A stretch of DNA of 32,000 bases from Candidatus Methanoperedens sp. (lineage in GTDB: Archaea > Halobacteriota > Methanosarcinia > Methanosarcinales > Methanoperedenaceae), in assembly GCA_041494705.1 (NCBI GenBank), contig JBGQBI010000003.1, positions 90,001 to 122,000 of the forward strand, read 5' to 3'. Numbering within the stretch: the stretch's first letter is position 1; each line of letters opens with the position of its first letter. The position numbers were made by a program, and so were the translations under genes. Below are positions 1 to 8,739 of this stretch, in pieces. A model generated the notes under the pieces. The model was not told where the DNA came from and searched no databases. It worked only from the letters and a program-made list of their open reading frames with translations.

Positions 1-690
1 AGGCGCTACCTGCCACATCCCGGCTTTCCTGATATCCATGAAATCAATATCCAGGTCATCAGGGAAATCCATTCCTGCAAAGTCTGTACTTGCGATGACA
101 TGGGAATATCCGCGGGCTACATCCACTGCTTCCCTGGCGTCTGAAACGAGCTGTACTGCCACAGGGAATTTTTTGGCTGCCTCGAATTCCCCGGCATTTG
201 TCGCGATTATCACCCTGTCCCTGATTGCAGGGATGTTGAAATTCGTCTTTATGGGCCTTATTTTTGATAAAAGAGCCGAGAGTTCATTTTCATCAAGCTT
301 TCCTGCCTTCCCGATAATGGCGCCAATTTCTTTTTGCGTTTTTTCAATTTTATCTTTTTTATGCGAAGGTAAGGGGAAATATAAGTTCAGTTTGCTCTTT
401 GCATGCCCGGTGTGGGCAGCTCCTTTAATAAGCTCAAGGATGCGTTCGTATATCTCATACGCCTCGTTCGTCCTGAGGAAATCCCGAATGCCTGCGCCTT
501 CATCCAGCGCGATTGCTTCCAGAACGAGGGCTATGGCGGATTTTTCCGTCATCCCTTCAAGCTCGCAGAGAGCCGCTATGTCATGGTTTATTATGGCATC
601 AAGCGCCTGCTTTTCCCCGCCGAAATGCTCGATGAGGCGGTGGGCGGTCTTTTCGCCTATGCGGGGGATGGATTTCAGGGTTGTTATCAT
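1..690 (-). CDS. N-terminal 230 aa of a helix-hairpin-helix domain protein that continues past the window start; possibly the N-terminus of an archaeal MutS-related or other DNA-binding ATPase
   Basis: Manual minus-strand translation from ATG (complement of 688-690) gives MITTLKSIPRIGEKTAHRLIEHFGGEKQALDAIINHDIAALCELEGMTEKSAIALVLEA... and stays open to position 1. It carries an HhH-like IPxIGxKTAxxLxxxFG motif. The listed plus-strand ORFs 38-703 and 403-741 are low-complexity antisense shadows of this gene. Confidence 0.6.
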   Translation of the reverse strand, partial: MITTLKSIPRIGEKTAHRLIEHFGGEKQALDAIINHDIAALCELEGMTEKSAIALVLEAIALDEGAGIRDFLRTNEAYEIYERILELIKGAAHTGHAKSKLNLYFPLPSHKKDKIEKTQKEIGAIIGKAGKLDENELSALLSKIRPIKTNFNIPAIRDRVIIATNAGEFEAAKKFPVAVQLVSDAREAVDVARGYSHVIASTDFAGMDFPDDLDIDFMDIRKAGMWQVAP

Positions 691-756
691 ATTATTGGTT
701 TAGGTACACATTTCGTACTCAAAGAAGTTATGGTTTTTTAAAATATGGTGTGAGAA

Positions 757-1191
757 TTATAATCCTCGTTTCCCCAAATCCAATACTTCCATTAATTCGT
801 CTGTCTTCCACACCCTGGCAACCTTCTGTTGCTCAAAATGCGTATCTGCTGTCCAGATACCATCATTTGGAACACATAAAGAAAGTGCCAGAAAAACAGC
901 ATCGTCAGGGTCGATATTCTCCATTATTTCTTTTGCGCGTTTATAATATGGCTTGATTTCCTCGGATGGAACAATAGTTATGCTCTCGAATATGGATTCA
1001 AATAAAATATCAAATTCATTTTCAGTTAACTTACTTTTCTTAACAAGCTCTATTTTATGATTTTTAACTTCATGCAATATGAAATCTGGAGCAATGAATT
1101 CAATATTAGGATTCAATATTATTTTTCTTGCGACAGAATCCCTTATAAGAGCAGCAAATAATCTGTTTGAGTCTAGCACAAGTCTCATCAA
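757..1191 (-). CDS. PIN-domain ribonuclease toxin (VapC-like) of a type II toxin-antitoxin pair
   Basis: 144 aa. It has an N-terminal LVLDSN acidic motif plus later HEV and DPDD acidic positions typical of PIN folds. The ORF overlaps the stop of the upstream small gene by 4 nt (1188-1191). Confidence 0.75.
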   Translation of the reverse strand: MMRLVLDSNRLFAALIRDSVARKIILNPNIEFIAPDFILHEVKNHKIELVKKSKLTENEFDILFESIFESITIVPSEEIKPYYKRAKEIMENIDPDDAVFLALSLCVPNDGIWTADTHFEQQKVARVWKTDELMEVLDLGKRGL

Positions 1192-1418
1192 GAAACCCCA
1201 GATTCATAGTGTTCTCTCAACGACCTCTTTATGATTTTATCCATTTCCATAGCGTCTTTTTCTGTGAATTCACTTTTTTCGAGGATTTTATCCAGTAAAT
1301 TGAGCTTAATGGCATATTCCCACATTGCCCTGCGGGCGATTTCACTCCATTTTATCTCTTTATGTGATTTTATTATGTCGTAGAGGTCGTTTGGCACCGA
1401 TAAGGTCATGGTAGGCAT
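1188..1418 (-). CDS. Ribbon-helix-helix-type antitoxin partner of the PIN toxin
   Basis: The ORF spans 1188-1451. I prefer the internal ATG at 1418 (MPTMTLSVPNDLYDIIKSHKEIKWSEIARRAMWEYA...), which gives 76 aa. A short beta strand followed by helices matches RHH/VapB-like antitoxins. The 4-nt overlap with the toxin gene supports the pairing. Confidence 0.6.
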   Translation of the reverse strand: MPTMTLSVPNDLYDIIKSHKEIKWSEIARRAMWEYAIKLNLLDKILEKSEFTEKDAMEMDKIIKRSLREHYESGVS

Positions 1419-1703
1419 TTTATCACCATAACAAATTATGTGTGTACACATATTTATGTTTAAGCGTTAATTCAGCGAGATAGATGTATAGTTTCGTCGC
1501 AAGAAAGATGAAAAATGCTAAGCCTGAGTTGCGCCTCTGTGGTAAGTTCTTCATCTCGCACAACATCTCCGATAGAAATTTATATTAAGTTAACAGCTCC
1601 CTAACCCATGCGAAAGTATTATCCAATAAACTGTCCTATAAAAACCACCGTTTCATCATTTGCATAAATCCCGTTTTAAATACGGGTCTCCCGGAGAAAA
1701 AAG

Positions 1704-2825
1704 ATGCCTGTAAAAAAAGAAAAAGAACCTCTTATAATGCACCCGCGCCCAAGCTCCATAGTTGCTGCGCTGTACACTTTACGTGACCTAGATACCGATG
1801 TCGTGATACTGCACGGTCCTCCCGGATGCAGTTTCAAGCATGCCCGGCTTCTGGAAGAGGACGGCATGAGAGTTGTCACAACATCGCTTGACGAATCGGG
1901 ATTCGTATTCGGGGGGCACGACGCCCTTGTCGAAGTGCTTAAAAAGGTTATCGAGCGATTCAATCCCAAACGAATAGGAATTGTAGGGACGTGCGCAAGC
2001 ATGATTATCGGCGAAGAACTGCATGAGGCCGTTACTGAAGTCCAGCCTGACGTGCCTGTTATCGAGGTCGAAGTGCATGCGGGCTACAGGGATAATACAA
2101 AAGGGGTTATTATGGCGCTTGAGTCGGCTCTTGCCTGCGGGATTATCAGCGAGGCTGAATTTGAGAGGCAAAAGATGCTCCTGAAAGAAGCCACCCTGGT
2201 TGAAAAACGCCACGGGGCTGCGAGCAAGGAATATCTTGCACCAAGCAGGGGGGATTTGAAATATAAGGTGGCTGAAAGGCTGCTTGAGCTGATGAAACAG
2301 GGCAAAAAAGGATTAAATATACTCAACGCAAAGAAAGAAACAGCGTTCATGTTCGCTGATATCAACCTCGCGGTTGCACAGACGGCTGAAAAGCTAGGCT
2401 TTAGCTCAAACATCGTGAACATGGCGAATCTTGATGAAAACCTGGGTCTTCCCAAGAACAGGAGAAATGCCCGCGAAATTCAGAATGATCTTAAGCAGAA
2501 AGGGATGAAGCTGCATCATATCATCGGAGGGCTTGATGAATACCCGGTAGCGGGGAATAAGGCTAGTGAAATAATCGGCGAGAATTATTCGGATTATGAC
2601 TTTGCGGTAATAACAGGAGTGCCCCATGCGCTTCCCATGGATAACATAAAGAATATGGAATTATTCTCAATCACGAACGGGCCGCGCCAGGTAGTGCCGC
2701 TAAAAGAAATGGGACACAAGCACGTTGTAGTTGAAATCGACCTGCATCCCAAGACGCTCGGTGTAAACCACATTGTAGAGTCGGAATTCGGGGCGACGCT
2801 CCGGGAGATGAGCAAAGATGCCTAA
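1704..2825 (+). CDS. cfbD: Ni-sirohydrochlorin a,c-diamide reductive cyclase, NifD/NifE-like component CfbD (coenzyme F430 biosynthesis)
   Basis: 373 aa. [42 protein letters not shown] and [16 protein letters not shown] are nitrogenase component-1-like motifs of the CfbD family. The gene overlaps the NifH-like gene by 8 nt. A GGAG tract lies 9 nt upstream of the ATG. Confidence 0.85.
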   Translation: MPVKKEKEPLIMHPRPSSIVAALYTLRDLDTDVVILHGPPGCSFKHARLLEEDGMRVVTTSLDESGFVFGGHDALVEVLKKVIERFNPKRIGIVGTCASMIIGEELHEAVTEVQPDVPVIEVEVHAGYRDNTKGVIMALESALACGIISEAEFERQKMLLKEATLVEKRHGAASKEYLAPSRGDLKYKVAERLLELMKQGKKGLNILNAKKETAFMFADINLAVAQTAEKLGFSSNIVNMANLDENLGLPKNRRNAREIQNDLKQKGMKLHHIIGGLDEYPVAGNKASEIIGENYSDYDFAVITGVPHALPMDNIKNMELFSITNGPRQVVPLKEMGHKHVVVEIDLHPKTLGVNHIVESEFGATLREMSKDA

Positions 2826-3609
2826 ACAAATTGCAATCTACGGAAAAGGCGGCATCGGGAAATCAAGCACAGCCTCAAATGTCGCAGCGGCGTGTGCAGA
2901 CGACGGCTACCGAGTCACAATAATAGGATGCGACCCCAAGAGCGACTCATCCATCACGTTACTTCGCGGGAGGCGTATTCCTACGATTATGGACCTGATG
3001 CGCGAGGGCATGGACATAAAAGAAGAGGACATTGTATTCAACGGCTATAAGGGTGTCAAATGCGTTGAAATCGGGGGTCCGGAGCCCGGAATCGGATGCG
3101 CCGGAAGGGGCATTATCGTGGCAATAAGCCTGCTTAAGAAAATATCAAAAGCGATTGAAGATACCGACCTTGTGATATACGATGTACCAGGCGATATCGT
3201 GTGCGGCGGTTTTGTTGCGCCTGTAAAGAAAGGGCTTGTGAACGAAGCTTATGTGCTTACATCAGGCGAATATATGCCGCTTTATGCAGCCAACAATATC
3301 TGCAAAGGACTTTCGCGCCTTGAGATGACGTTAAACGGCGTTATCTGCAACTCCCGCGGTGCTCACAACGAGGAAAACATAGTCAGCGAGTTCGCAAAGG
3401 AAATCGGAAGCCAGTTGCTTGCATTCATCCCGAAGGACGTTCTGGTGCAGACATGCGAAAGAGAAGGTTTTTCAGTAATTGAAAAAGCCCCGGATTCCAG
3501 TATTGCCGGGGTTTACCGCAAACTTGCACACACTATTATGACGAGAAACGAAGGTAAAATACCTGTGCCGCTTGATGACATCAGATTGAGAGAATTGACG
3601 AAAATTTAA
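2818..3609 (+). CDS. cfbC: Ni-sirohydrochlorin a,c-diamide reductive cyclase, NifH-like ATPase component CfbC
   Basis: 263 aa. It has the NifH/BchL-type P-loop [17 protein letters not shown], cluster-ligand contexts CAGRG and DIVCGGF, and is translationally coupled to cfbD. Confidence 0.88.
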   Translation: MPKQIAIYGKGGIGKSSTASNVAAACADDGYRVTIIGCDPKSDSSITLLRGRRIPTIMDLMREGMDIKEEDIVFNGYKGVKCVEIGGPEPGIGCAGRGIIVAISLLKKISKAIEDTDLVIYDVPGDIVCGGFVAPVKKGLVNEAYVLTSGEYMPLYAANNICKGLSRLEMTLNGVICNSRGAHNEENIVSEFAKEIGSQLLAFIPKDVLVQTCEREGFSVIEKAPDSSIAGVYRKLAHTIMTRNEGKIPVPLDDIRLRELTKI

Positions 3610-3611
3610 AT

Positions 3612-3681
3612 CACCGCAAAGACGCCAAGGACGCAAAGCACGGAAAAATTTAATCTTTGCGGTCTTTGCGACTCTGCGGTG
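3612..3681. repeat. Imperfect long inverted repeat (27-position arms, 16-nt loop) in the cfbC-cfbB spacer
   Basis: Pairing 3612-3638 against 3655-3681 gives 22 Watson-Crick pairs, 1 G-T pair and 4 mismatches. Each arm contains CGCAAAG/CTTTGCG words twice. The repeat starts 3 nt after the cfbC stop codon. Confidence 0.7.
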
Positions 3682-3707
3682 CACATCCAACACAAAAACC
3701 AATCAAT

Positions 3708-5147
3708 ATGACAGAAAATATAGATATCCCCCGCATCCTCATTGCTGGAGACCGCTCCTCAGCCGGAAAAACCACAATCTCAATCGGCATCATGTCGGTG
3801 CTTCGGGATATGGGTTATAAGGTGCAGCCTTTCAAGGTGGGGCTTGATTTTATCGACCCGAGTTACCACACTGAGGTAACGGGCAGGCATTCCCGCAACC
3901 TTGACGGTTATCTGATGTCCGAGCCAGCTATCAGGGAAGTATATTCACATGCTAATGAGGGGGCTGACATTGCAGTTATCGAGGGAGTGCGCGGGCTTTT
4001 CGAGGGGCTTGAGGCTACAAGCGATATCGGTAGCACTGCCCAGATAGCCAAGATACTAAAATGCCCCGTCATCCTTGTAATCAACGCAAGAAGCATAACA
4101 CGCAGCACCGCAGCTCTTGTTTCGGGATATAAGAATTTTGATCTTGAGGTGAACGTTGCCGGGGTAATATTGAATAATATTGGAAGTACTCGCCATGGTG
4201 AAAAGGCGAGGATTGCCATTGAAACATATACCCGTACGCCTGTTATCGGAGAAATCCCCCGCAACGATTCCATGAAAATCTCGATGCGGCATCTCGGATT
4301 GATTCCTGCAATGGAAGGGAGGCGAAAGCTTGCTGATTTTGATGAAAACCTGGGCAGGATAAAGATGATTATCAAAGAGGGGATTGATATCAATAAATTC
4401 ATATCAGTTGCCGAATCGGCAGAACCCCTTCCAAAACCCAAAGAAAATATTTTCAAGGCGCAGTCCCATAAAAAGAAAGTAAGAATCGGGGTGGCGCTGG
4501 ATGAGGCATTTAATTTCTATTACCGGGATAACCTTGAACTGCTTGAGCTTGCAGGGGCTGAACTTGTTTATTTCAGCCCGGTAAACGACACAGTCCTGCC
4601 TGAGGTGGATGGGCTGTATATCGGCGGCGGATATCCTGAGTTGTTTGCGCATGAACTTGAAGATAATATCTCCATGCGGGAATCCATCAAACAGGCATCA
4701 TCCAAAGGGCTGCCCATTTATGCAGAATGCGGCGGACTTATGTACCTGACGCAGGAAATCACGACAGGTGTCTCAGGAAGCGGGAACTACCACATGGCTG
4801 ACATGCAGAGCGGCACTTTTGCGATGGTCGGGGCTATCCCGGGGAAGACATTGATGGGGCACAAAAGGGTTGTGAGTTACAACGTGGGCAGCTTTGTAAA
4901 AGATAACGTGATTGGCAAAGCCGGCGCCTCGTTCATAGGGCATGAATTCCACCATTCTGAAATTGTTGATATTCCCGAAGATACAACATTCGCTATCAGG
5001 CTTGAGCGCGGAACGGGAATAAAGGGCGAGCTTGACGGCATACTTGTAAAGAACACGCTTGCCGCTTATGCGCACCTTCATGCTGCATCTTATACCGATT
5101 TTGCGAAGTCGTTTGTGGATTTTTGCAGTAAAAAGCGGAAAATCTGA
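3708..5147 (+). CDS. cfbB: Ni-sirohydrochlorin a,c-diamide synthase (CobB/CbiA-family amidotransferase) CfbB
   Basis: The ORF opens at 3657, but the conserved N-terminus starts at ATG 3708 (MTENIDIPRILIAGDRSSAGKTTISIGIM). It has a CbiA/CobQ-type ATP-binding N-domain and a C-terminal glutamine amidotransferase domain with YAECGGLMYL. It is adjacent to cfbDC. Confidence 0.85.
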   Translation: MTENIDIPRILIAGDRSSAGKTTISIGIMSVLRDMGYKVQPFKVGLDFIDPSYHTEVTGRHSRNLDGYLMSEPAIREVYSHANEGADIAVIEGVRGLFEGLEATSDIGSTAQIAKILKCPVILVINARSITRSTAALVSGYKNFDLEVNVAGVILNNIGSTRHGEKARIAIETYTRTPVIGEIPRNDSMKISMRHLGLIPAMEGRRKLADFDENLGRIKMIIKEGIDINKFISVAESAEPLPKPKENIFKAQSHKKKVRIGVALDEAFNFYYRDNLELLELAGAELVYFSPVNDTVLPEVDGLYIGGGYPELFAHELEDNISMRESIKQASSKGLPIYAECGGLMYLTQEITTGVSGSGNYHMADMQSGTFAMVGAIPGKTLMGHKRVVSYNVGSFVKDNVIGKAGASFIGHEFHHSEIVDIPEDTTFAIRLERGTGIKGELDGILVKNTLAAYAHLHAASYTDFAKSFVDFCSKKRKI

Positions 5148-5184
5148 AAAAGAATTATATACATTCTACGACTTCATTTAGCCG

Positions 5185-6810
5185 ATGAAGAAAGGACATT
5201 TTATCCTGTTAATCATATTATTTTTAATTTCTGTTACATCAGCATTCTATTTTTTTGATATTATCGACTTTCCAGGCCTTAAATTACTCCCATATTATGC
5301 CGGGTCTTCGTTGCTGAGAATGGGTTTTGCTTATTTCTTTGCCCTCTGTTTTGCCCTCTCGTACGGTTATATTGCAGCAACAAATACGAATGCAAAAAAA
5401 ATAATGATGCCTGTTCTTGACATTCTCCAGTCTGTCCCGATACTCGGGTTCTTCCCGGCTGCTGTTCTTTTTTTTATCAGTCTTATCCCGGGAAGGACAG
5501 GGGTAGAATTCGCCGCTGTTTTTCTCATCTTTACAAGCATGGCGTGGAACATGGCTTTCGGGGTTTACGAATCCCTGACAACCATCCCAAAAGAACTCAT
5601 TGAAGCTGCAGATAGTTTCGGGCTTCGCGGCTGGCAGCGTCTTGAAAGCCTGACACTTCCTGCCTGCGTCCCGAAACTGGTTTACAACAGCATCGTATCA
5701 TGGTCTGTAGGATGGTTCTTTTTAGTAGCGTCGGAGATTATTTCGGCAGGGTCGGAAACGTACAAACTTCCGGGGATTGGAAGCTTCCTGATAGATACGA
5801 CATATTCGGGGAAAATCGCCCTGATGCTTGTCGGATTATCCGTCCTGGTAATTATCATACTTTTACTTGAATTATTTTTCTGGAAACCCATGCAGTCATG
5901 GGCTGATAAATATAATTATGAATATGCGGGTGAAAAAAAACCGGGCGAGTTCATATTCAATACGCGGATAATCAAATATTTATTCCGTTCTATTTTCGAG
6001 CTCTTCTCAAAAATAATGGTTTCATTGTATATACTATTCCATAAGCATAAATTGATTAAGAGAACTTTAAAATTCCTGGGGTATCTTATTCTAATTTCAG
6101 TCCTTGCGTACATTGCATATATTTTTATTGTTTCGATTTCCAAAATTCTCCTGAACCTGCCAGGTGATGCTTATTCCATTCCGCTTGCAATTGTGTATTC
6201 ATTCCTCCGGTTAAGCGTAGCGTATGTGATTTGTATCTTATGGACTATTCCGGCTGCCGTTTATATTGCGCGAAACAAAAAAGCGTCATCGTATCTCATG
6301 CCGGTTATGGAGGTTGCCGCATCTATCCCTGCTATCGCACTTTTTCCCGCTATGGTGGTTATTTTCATAAGATACGGCAGCCTTGATACTGCGGCAATTA
6401 TCCTCATACTTCTGGGTATGCAGTGGTACCTGCTTTTTAATCTGATAGCAGGAGTGAAATCGATACCCAAAGATGTAGAGACTGTCGCCGCATCATTTGG
6501 GATAAAAGGGAAGCTCTACTGGAAAAAAGTTCTCCTGCCTGCGATGTTCCCGTCATTTGTTACAGGAAGCATTACGGCATGGGGCGGAGGGTGGAATACG
6601 TTGATCGTGGCTGAGTATATTGTCTTTAAAGGGCAGGAATTTCACCTGTTCGGCATTGGATACCTGCTCGACAGGGCAACGTTCCAGTCGCCGGATTCAA
6701 GCATGGTCATGTTATCGGTACTGGGTATGGCTGTAACTATTATATTCCTTAACAGGCTTATATGGCAGCCAATGTACAGGAAAGCGCTGGCTAAATATAA
6801 ATTCGATTAG
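5185..6810 (+). CDS. ABC transporter permease with two fused permease domains (NitT/TauT-like, duplicated permease type)
   Basis: 541 aa and highly hydrophobic. Two EAA-type loops, one per half, are visible: ELIEAADSFGLRGWQRLESLTLP and DVETVAASFGIKGKLYWKKVLLP. Confidence 0.8.
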   Translation: MKKGHFILLIILFLISVTSAFYFFDIIDFPGLKLLPYYAGSSLLRMGFAYFFALCFALSYGYIAATNTNAKKIMMPVLDILQSVPILGFFPAAVLFFISLIPGRTGVEFAAVFLIFTSMAWNMAFGVYESLTTIPKELIEAADSFGLRGWQRLESLTLPACVPKLVYNSIVSWSVGWFFLVASEIISAGSETYKLPGIGSFLIDTTYSGKIALMLVGLSVLVIIILLLELFFWKPMQSWADKYNYEYAGEKKPGEFIFNTRIIKYLFRSIFELFSKIMVSLYILFHKHKLIKRTLKFLGYLILISVLAYIAYIFIVSISKILLNLPGDAYSIPLAIVYSFLRLSVAYVICILWTIPAAVYIARNKKASSYLMPVMEVAASIPAIALFPAMVVIFIRYGSLDTAAIILILLGMQWYLLFNLIAGVKSIPKDVETVAASFGIKGKLYWKKVLLPAMFPSFVTGSITAWGGGWNTLIVAEYIVFKGQEFHLFGIGYLLDRATFQSPDSSMVMLSVLGMAVTIIFLNRLIWQPMYRKALAKYKFD

Positions 6811-6818
6811 AGGCACCG

Positions 6819-7562
6819 ATGCTTGCTGAAATAAAAAATGTATCAAAGACTTATGAATCGGACGGTAATAGGATACAAGTTCTCGATAATATTAATTTCA
6901 CAGTGGAAGACAATGATTTTATATGCATTGTAGGCCCGTCGGGATGCGGGAAAAGCACTCTTTTGAGAATAATCGTGGGACTTGAAAAACCCACATCCGG
7001 CGAAGTTCTTTTTAAAGGCGAAGTGATTGCGCCCGATAACCCGAAGGTGTCCATGGTTTTCCAGAATTTCGCCCTTTTTCCCTGGCTCACTGTCAAAGAA
7101 AATATAGAGCTTGTGCTTGAATCAAAAAAACACGGGGAAGAAGCTGAAAAGGTCGCCTGTAAATATATCAAAGCGGTGGGTCTTGATAATTTTGAAAGGG
7201 TTTATCCGCGGGAACTCTCAGGCGGCATGAAGCAGAGGGTCGGGTTCGCGCGGGCACTGGCAGTGGAACCGGTACTGTTATGCATGGACGAACCGTTTTC
7301 ATCTCTTGATGCGCTCACATCCCAGAACTTAAAAGACGAACTCCTGATGCTCTGGGCTGAGGCCAGCATGCCTCCCGATGCGGTAATCATGGTAACCCAT
7401 AATGTGGAGGAAGCGGTGTATATGGCTAACCGCATAATCATTCTTTCACCGCGCCCCGGAAAAATCGTTGCGGATTTAAAGATCGAATTAGAAAGACCGC
7501 GCAACAGGAAAGACCCTGAATTCTATCGATGGGTTGATAAAGTATATTCACTAATAGTGTAG
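6819..7562 (+). CDS. ABC transporter ATP-binding protein (nitrate/sulfonate/bicarbonate NitT/TauT-like family)
   Basis: 247 aa. All expected motifs are present: Walker A GPSGCGKST, Q-loop MVFQNFALFPW, signature LSGGMKQRVGFARAL, Walker B LLCMDEPFSSLD and H-loop VTHNVEEA. Confidence 0.9.
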   Translation: MLAEIKNVSKTYESDGNRIQVLDNINFTVEDNDFICIVGPSGCGKSTLLRIIVGLEKPTSGEVLFKGEVIAPDNPKVSMVFQNFALFPWLTVKENIELVLESKKHGEEAEKVACKYIKAVGLDNFERVYPRELSGGMKQRVGFARALAVEPVLLCMDEPFSSLDALTSQNLKDELLMLWAEASMPPDAVIMVTHNVEEAVYMANRIIILSPRPGKIVADLKIELERPRNRKDPEFYRWVDKVYSLIV

Positions 7563-7569
7563 GTAAAAC

Positions 7570-8040
7570 ATGATTTTCCCGAAAGTAACAATAAGCGAAA
7601 TAATAGGACTTCTTGAAGTGGTCAACGATTCCGGCGGCATAGAGGACGCTGCCCGCCTCGCTGCTGATTTTGACCTTGAACTCGATGAGATACTCCCGTC
7701 AATCGATGGAGCTGAACTGCTGGGGTTTGTCAGGGTGACTGACGGCAATATTGAATTGACCGCAGACGCCCGGAACCTCCTTGAAATGGGAATCAGGGAC
7801 AGGAAAAAAATCATCAGGGATAAAGTTGCAGGTGTTGAGATAATAAAAGAGCTCACAAGTAAACTCATGGAATCTGATGAACACAAAATCAGTAAAAAAG
7901 AGACCTTGAAATTCCTCCAGGATAAAATTAACACTGCTGATATCGAGAGTTATTTCAGGATAATAATCAACTGGACAAGACATGCAGGGTTAATTGGCTA
8001 TAACAGCGATTCAGAAGAGATTTGTCTTATGTCAAAATAA
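7570..8040 (+). CDS. Stand-alone AAA-associated C-terminal domain protein (a domain otherwise found fused to NitT/TauT-type ABC ATPases); function unknown
   Basis: 156 aa, starting 7 nt after the ATPase gene. ISEIIGLLEVVNDSGGIEDAARLAADFDLELDEILPSIDGAELLGFV resembles my recollection of the Pfam AAA_assoc_C family. This was not verified by search. Confidence 0.5.
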   Translation: MIFPKVTISEIIGLLEVVNDSGGIEDAARLAADFDLELDEILPSIDGAELLGFVRVTDGNIELTADARNLLEMGIRDRKKIIRDKVAGVEIIKELTSKLMESDEHKISKKETLKFLQDKINTADIESYFRIIINWTRHAGLIGYNSDSEEICLMSK

Positions 8041-8099
8041 GATAAATCCGGATTTTGCGTGCAAAGATTTAAGTAAGGAAATAAATCAATATAAGATAT

Positions 8100-8408
8100 A
8101 TGATAGGAACTTCAGAATTGTTATTGATTTTGATAGTAGCTTTATTTTTATTCGGACCGACAAAACTCCCTGAATTAGCCCGCTCCCTGGGTAAAGCCAC
8201 AGGGGAATTCAAGAAAGCCCAGATGGAAACCGAATATGAGCTAAAACGATTGGATAAGCCAATAAATGAGAGAGACACAAAAATCCATAATTTAGCAATA
8301 GAACTTGGGTTGAATGCAGAGAATAAGACAACGGAACAACTTATTGAAGAAATCCGGTCAATAATTAAATCAGGGAAAACTTCACCGGAAAAAAAGGCGA
8401 GCGTCTGA
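8100..8408 (+). CDS. tatA: Twin-arginine translocase subunit TatA/E, copy 1
   Basis: 102 aa. An N-terminal TM helix, the hinge FG-P and an amphipathic helix are present: LLLILIVALFLFGPTKLPELARSLGKATGEFKKA. Confidence 0.9.
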   Translation: MIGTSELLLILIVALFLFGPTKLPELARSLGKATGEFKKAQMETEYELKRLDKPINERDTKIHNLAIELGLNAENKTTEQLIEEIRSIIKSGKTSPEKKASV

Positions 8409-8409
8409 T

Positions 8410-8721
8410 ATGGCAATTGGAACACAAGAAATTTTACTTATACTTGTTATAATCATTATCTTTTTCGGTGCAAGCAAGATTCCCGAACTTGCGCGGTCGC
8501 TCGGGAAAGCAAGCGGTGAGTTTAAAAAAGCAAAGCAGGAAACCGAACTTGAATTGAAGGATTTTGAGAAATCAATCAAGGAAAACAAATCGCCTTCGGA
8601 TAAGTCTTCCAAGATTAGAACGATGGCAAAAGACCTCGGGATATCAATTGAAGGCAAGAGCGACGAGCAATTGCTGGATGAAATACAGAAAAAAATGCCA
8701 ACTGTAAAATACGAAAAATAG
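8410..8721 (+). CDS. tatA: Twin-arginine translocase subunit TatA/E, copy 2 (tandem paralog)
   Basis: 103 aa, starting 1 nt after copy 1 ends. ILLILVIIIIFFGASKIPELARSLGKASGEFKKA is closely similar to copy 1. Confidence 0.9.
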   Translation: MAIGTQEILLILVIIIIFFGASKIPELARSLGKASGEFKKAKQETELELKDFEKSIKENKSPSDKSSKIRTMAKDLGISIEGKSDEQLLDEIQKKMPTVKYEK

Positions 8722-8739
8722 AAGGAAAAATAAAAAAAA

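Noticed and set aside
38-741. Plus-strand ORFs of 221 aa and 112 aa at the left edge
   Set aside because: They are Ser/Ala/Phe-rich and low in complexity. They lie exactly antisense to a clean minus-strand frame that starts at 690 and has an HhH motif, so they are shadow ORFs.
3657-3707. The 17-codon N-terminal extension of cfbB in the ORF track
   Set aside because: The extension runs through the right arm of the intergenic inverted repeat and encodes MRSLRLCGAHPTQKPIN, which has no family resemblance. The conserved CbiA-type N-terminus begins at ATG 3708.
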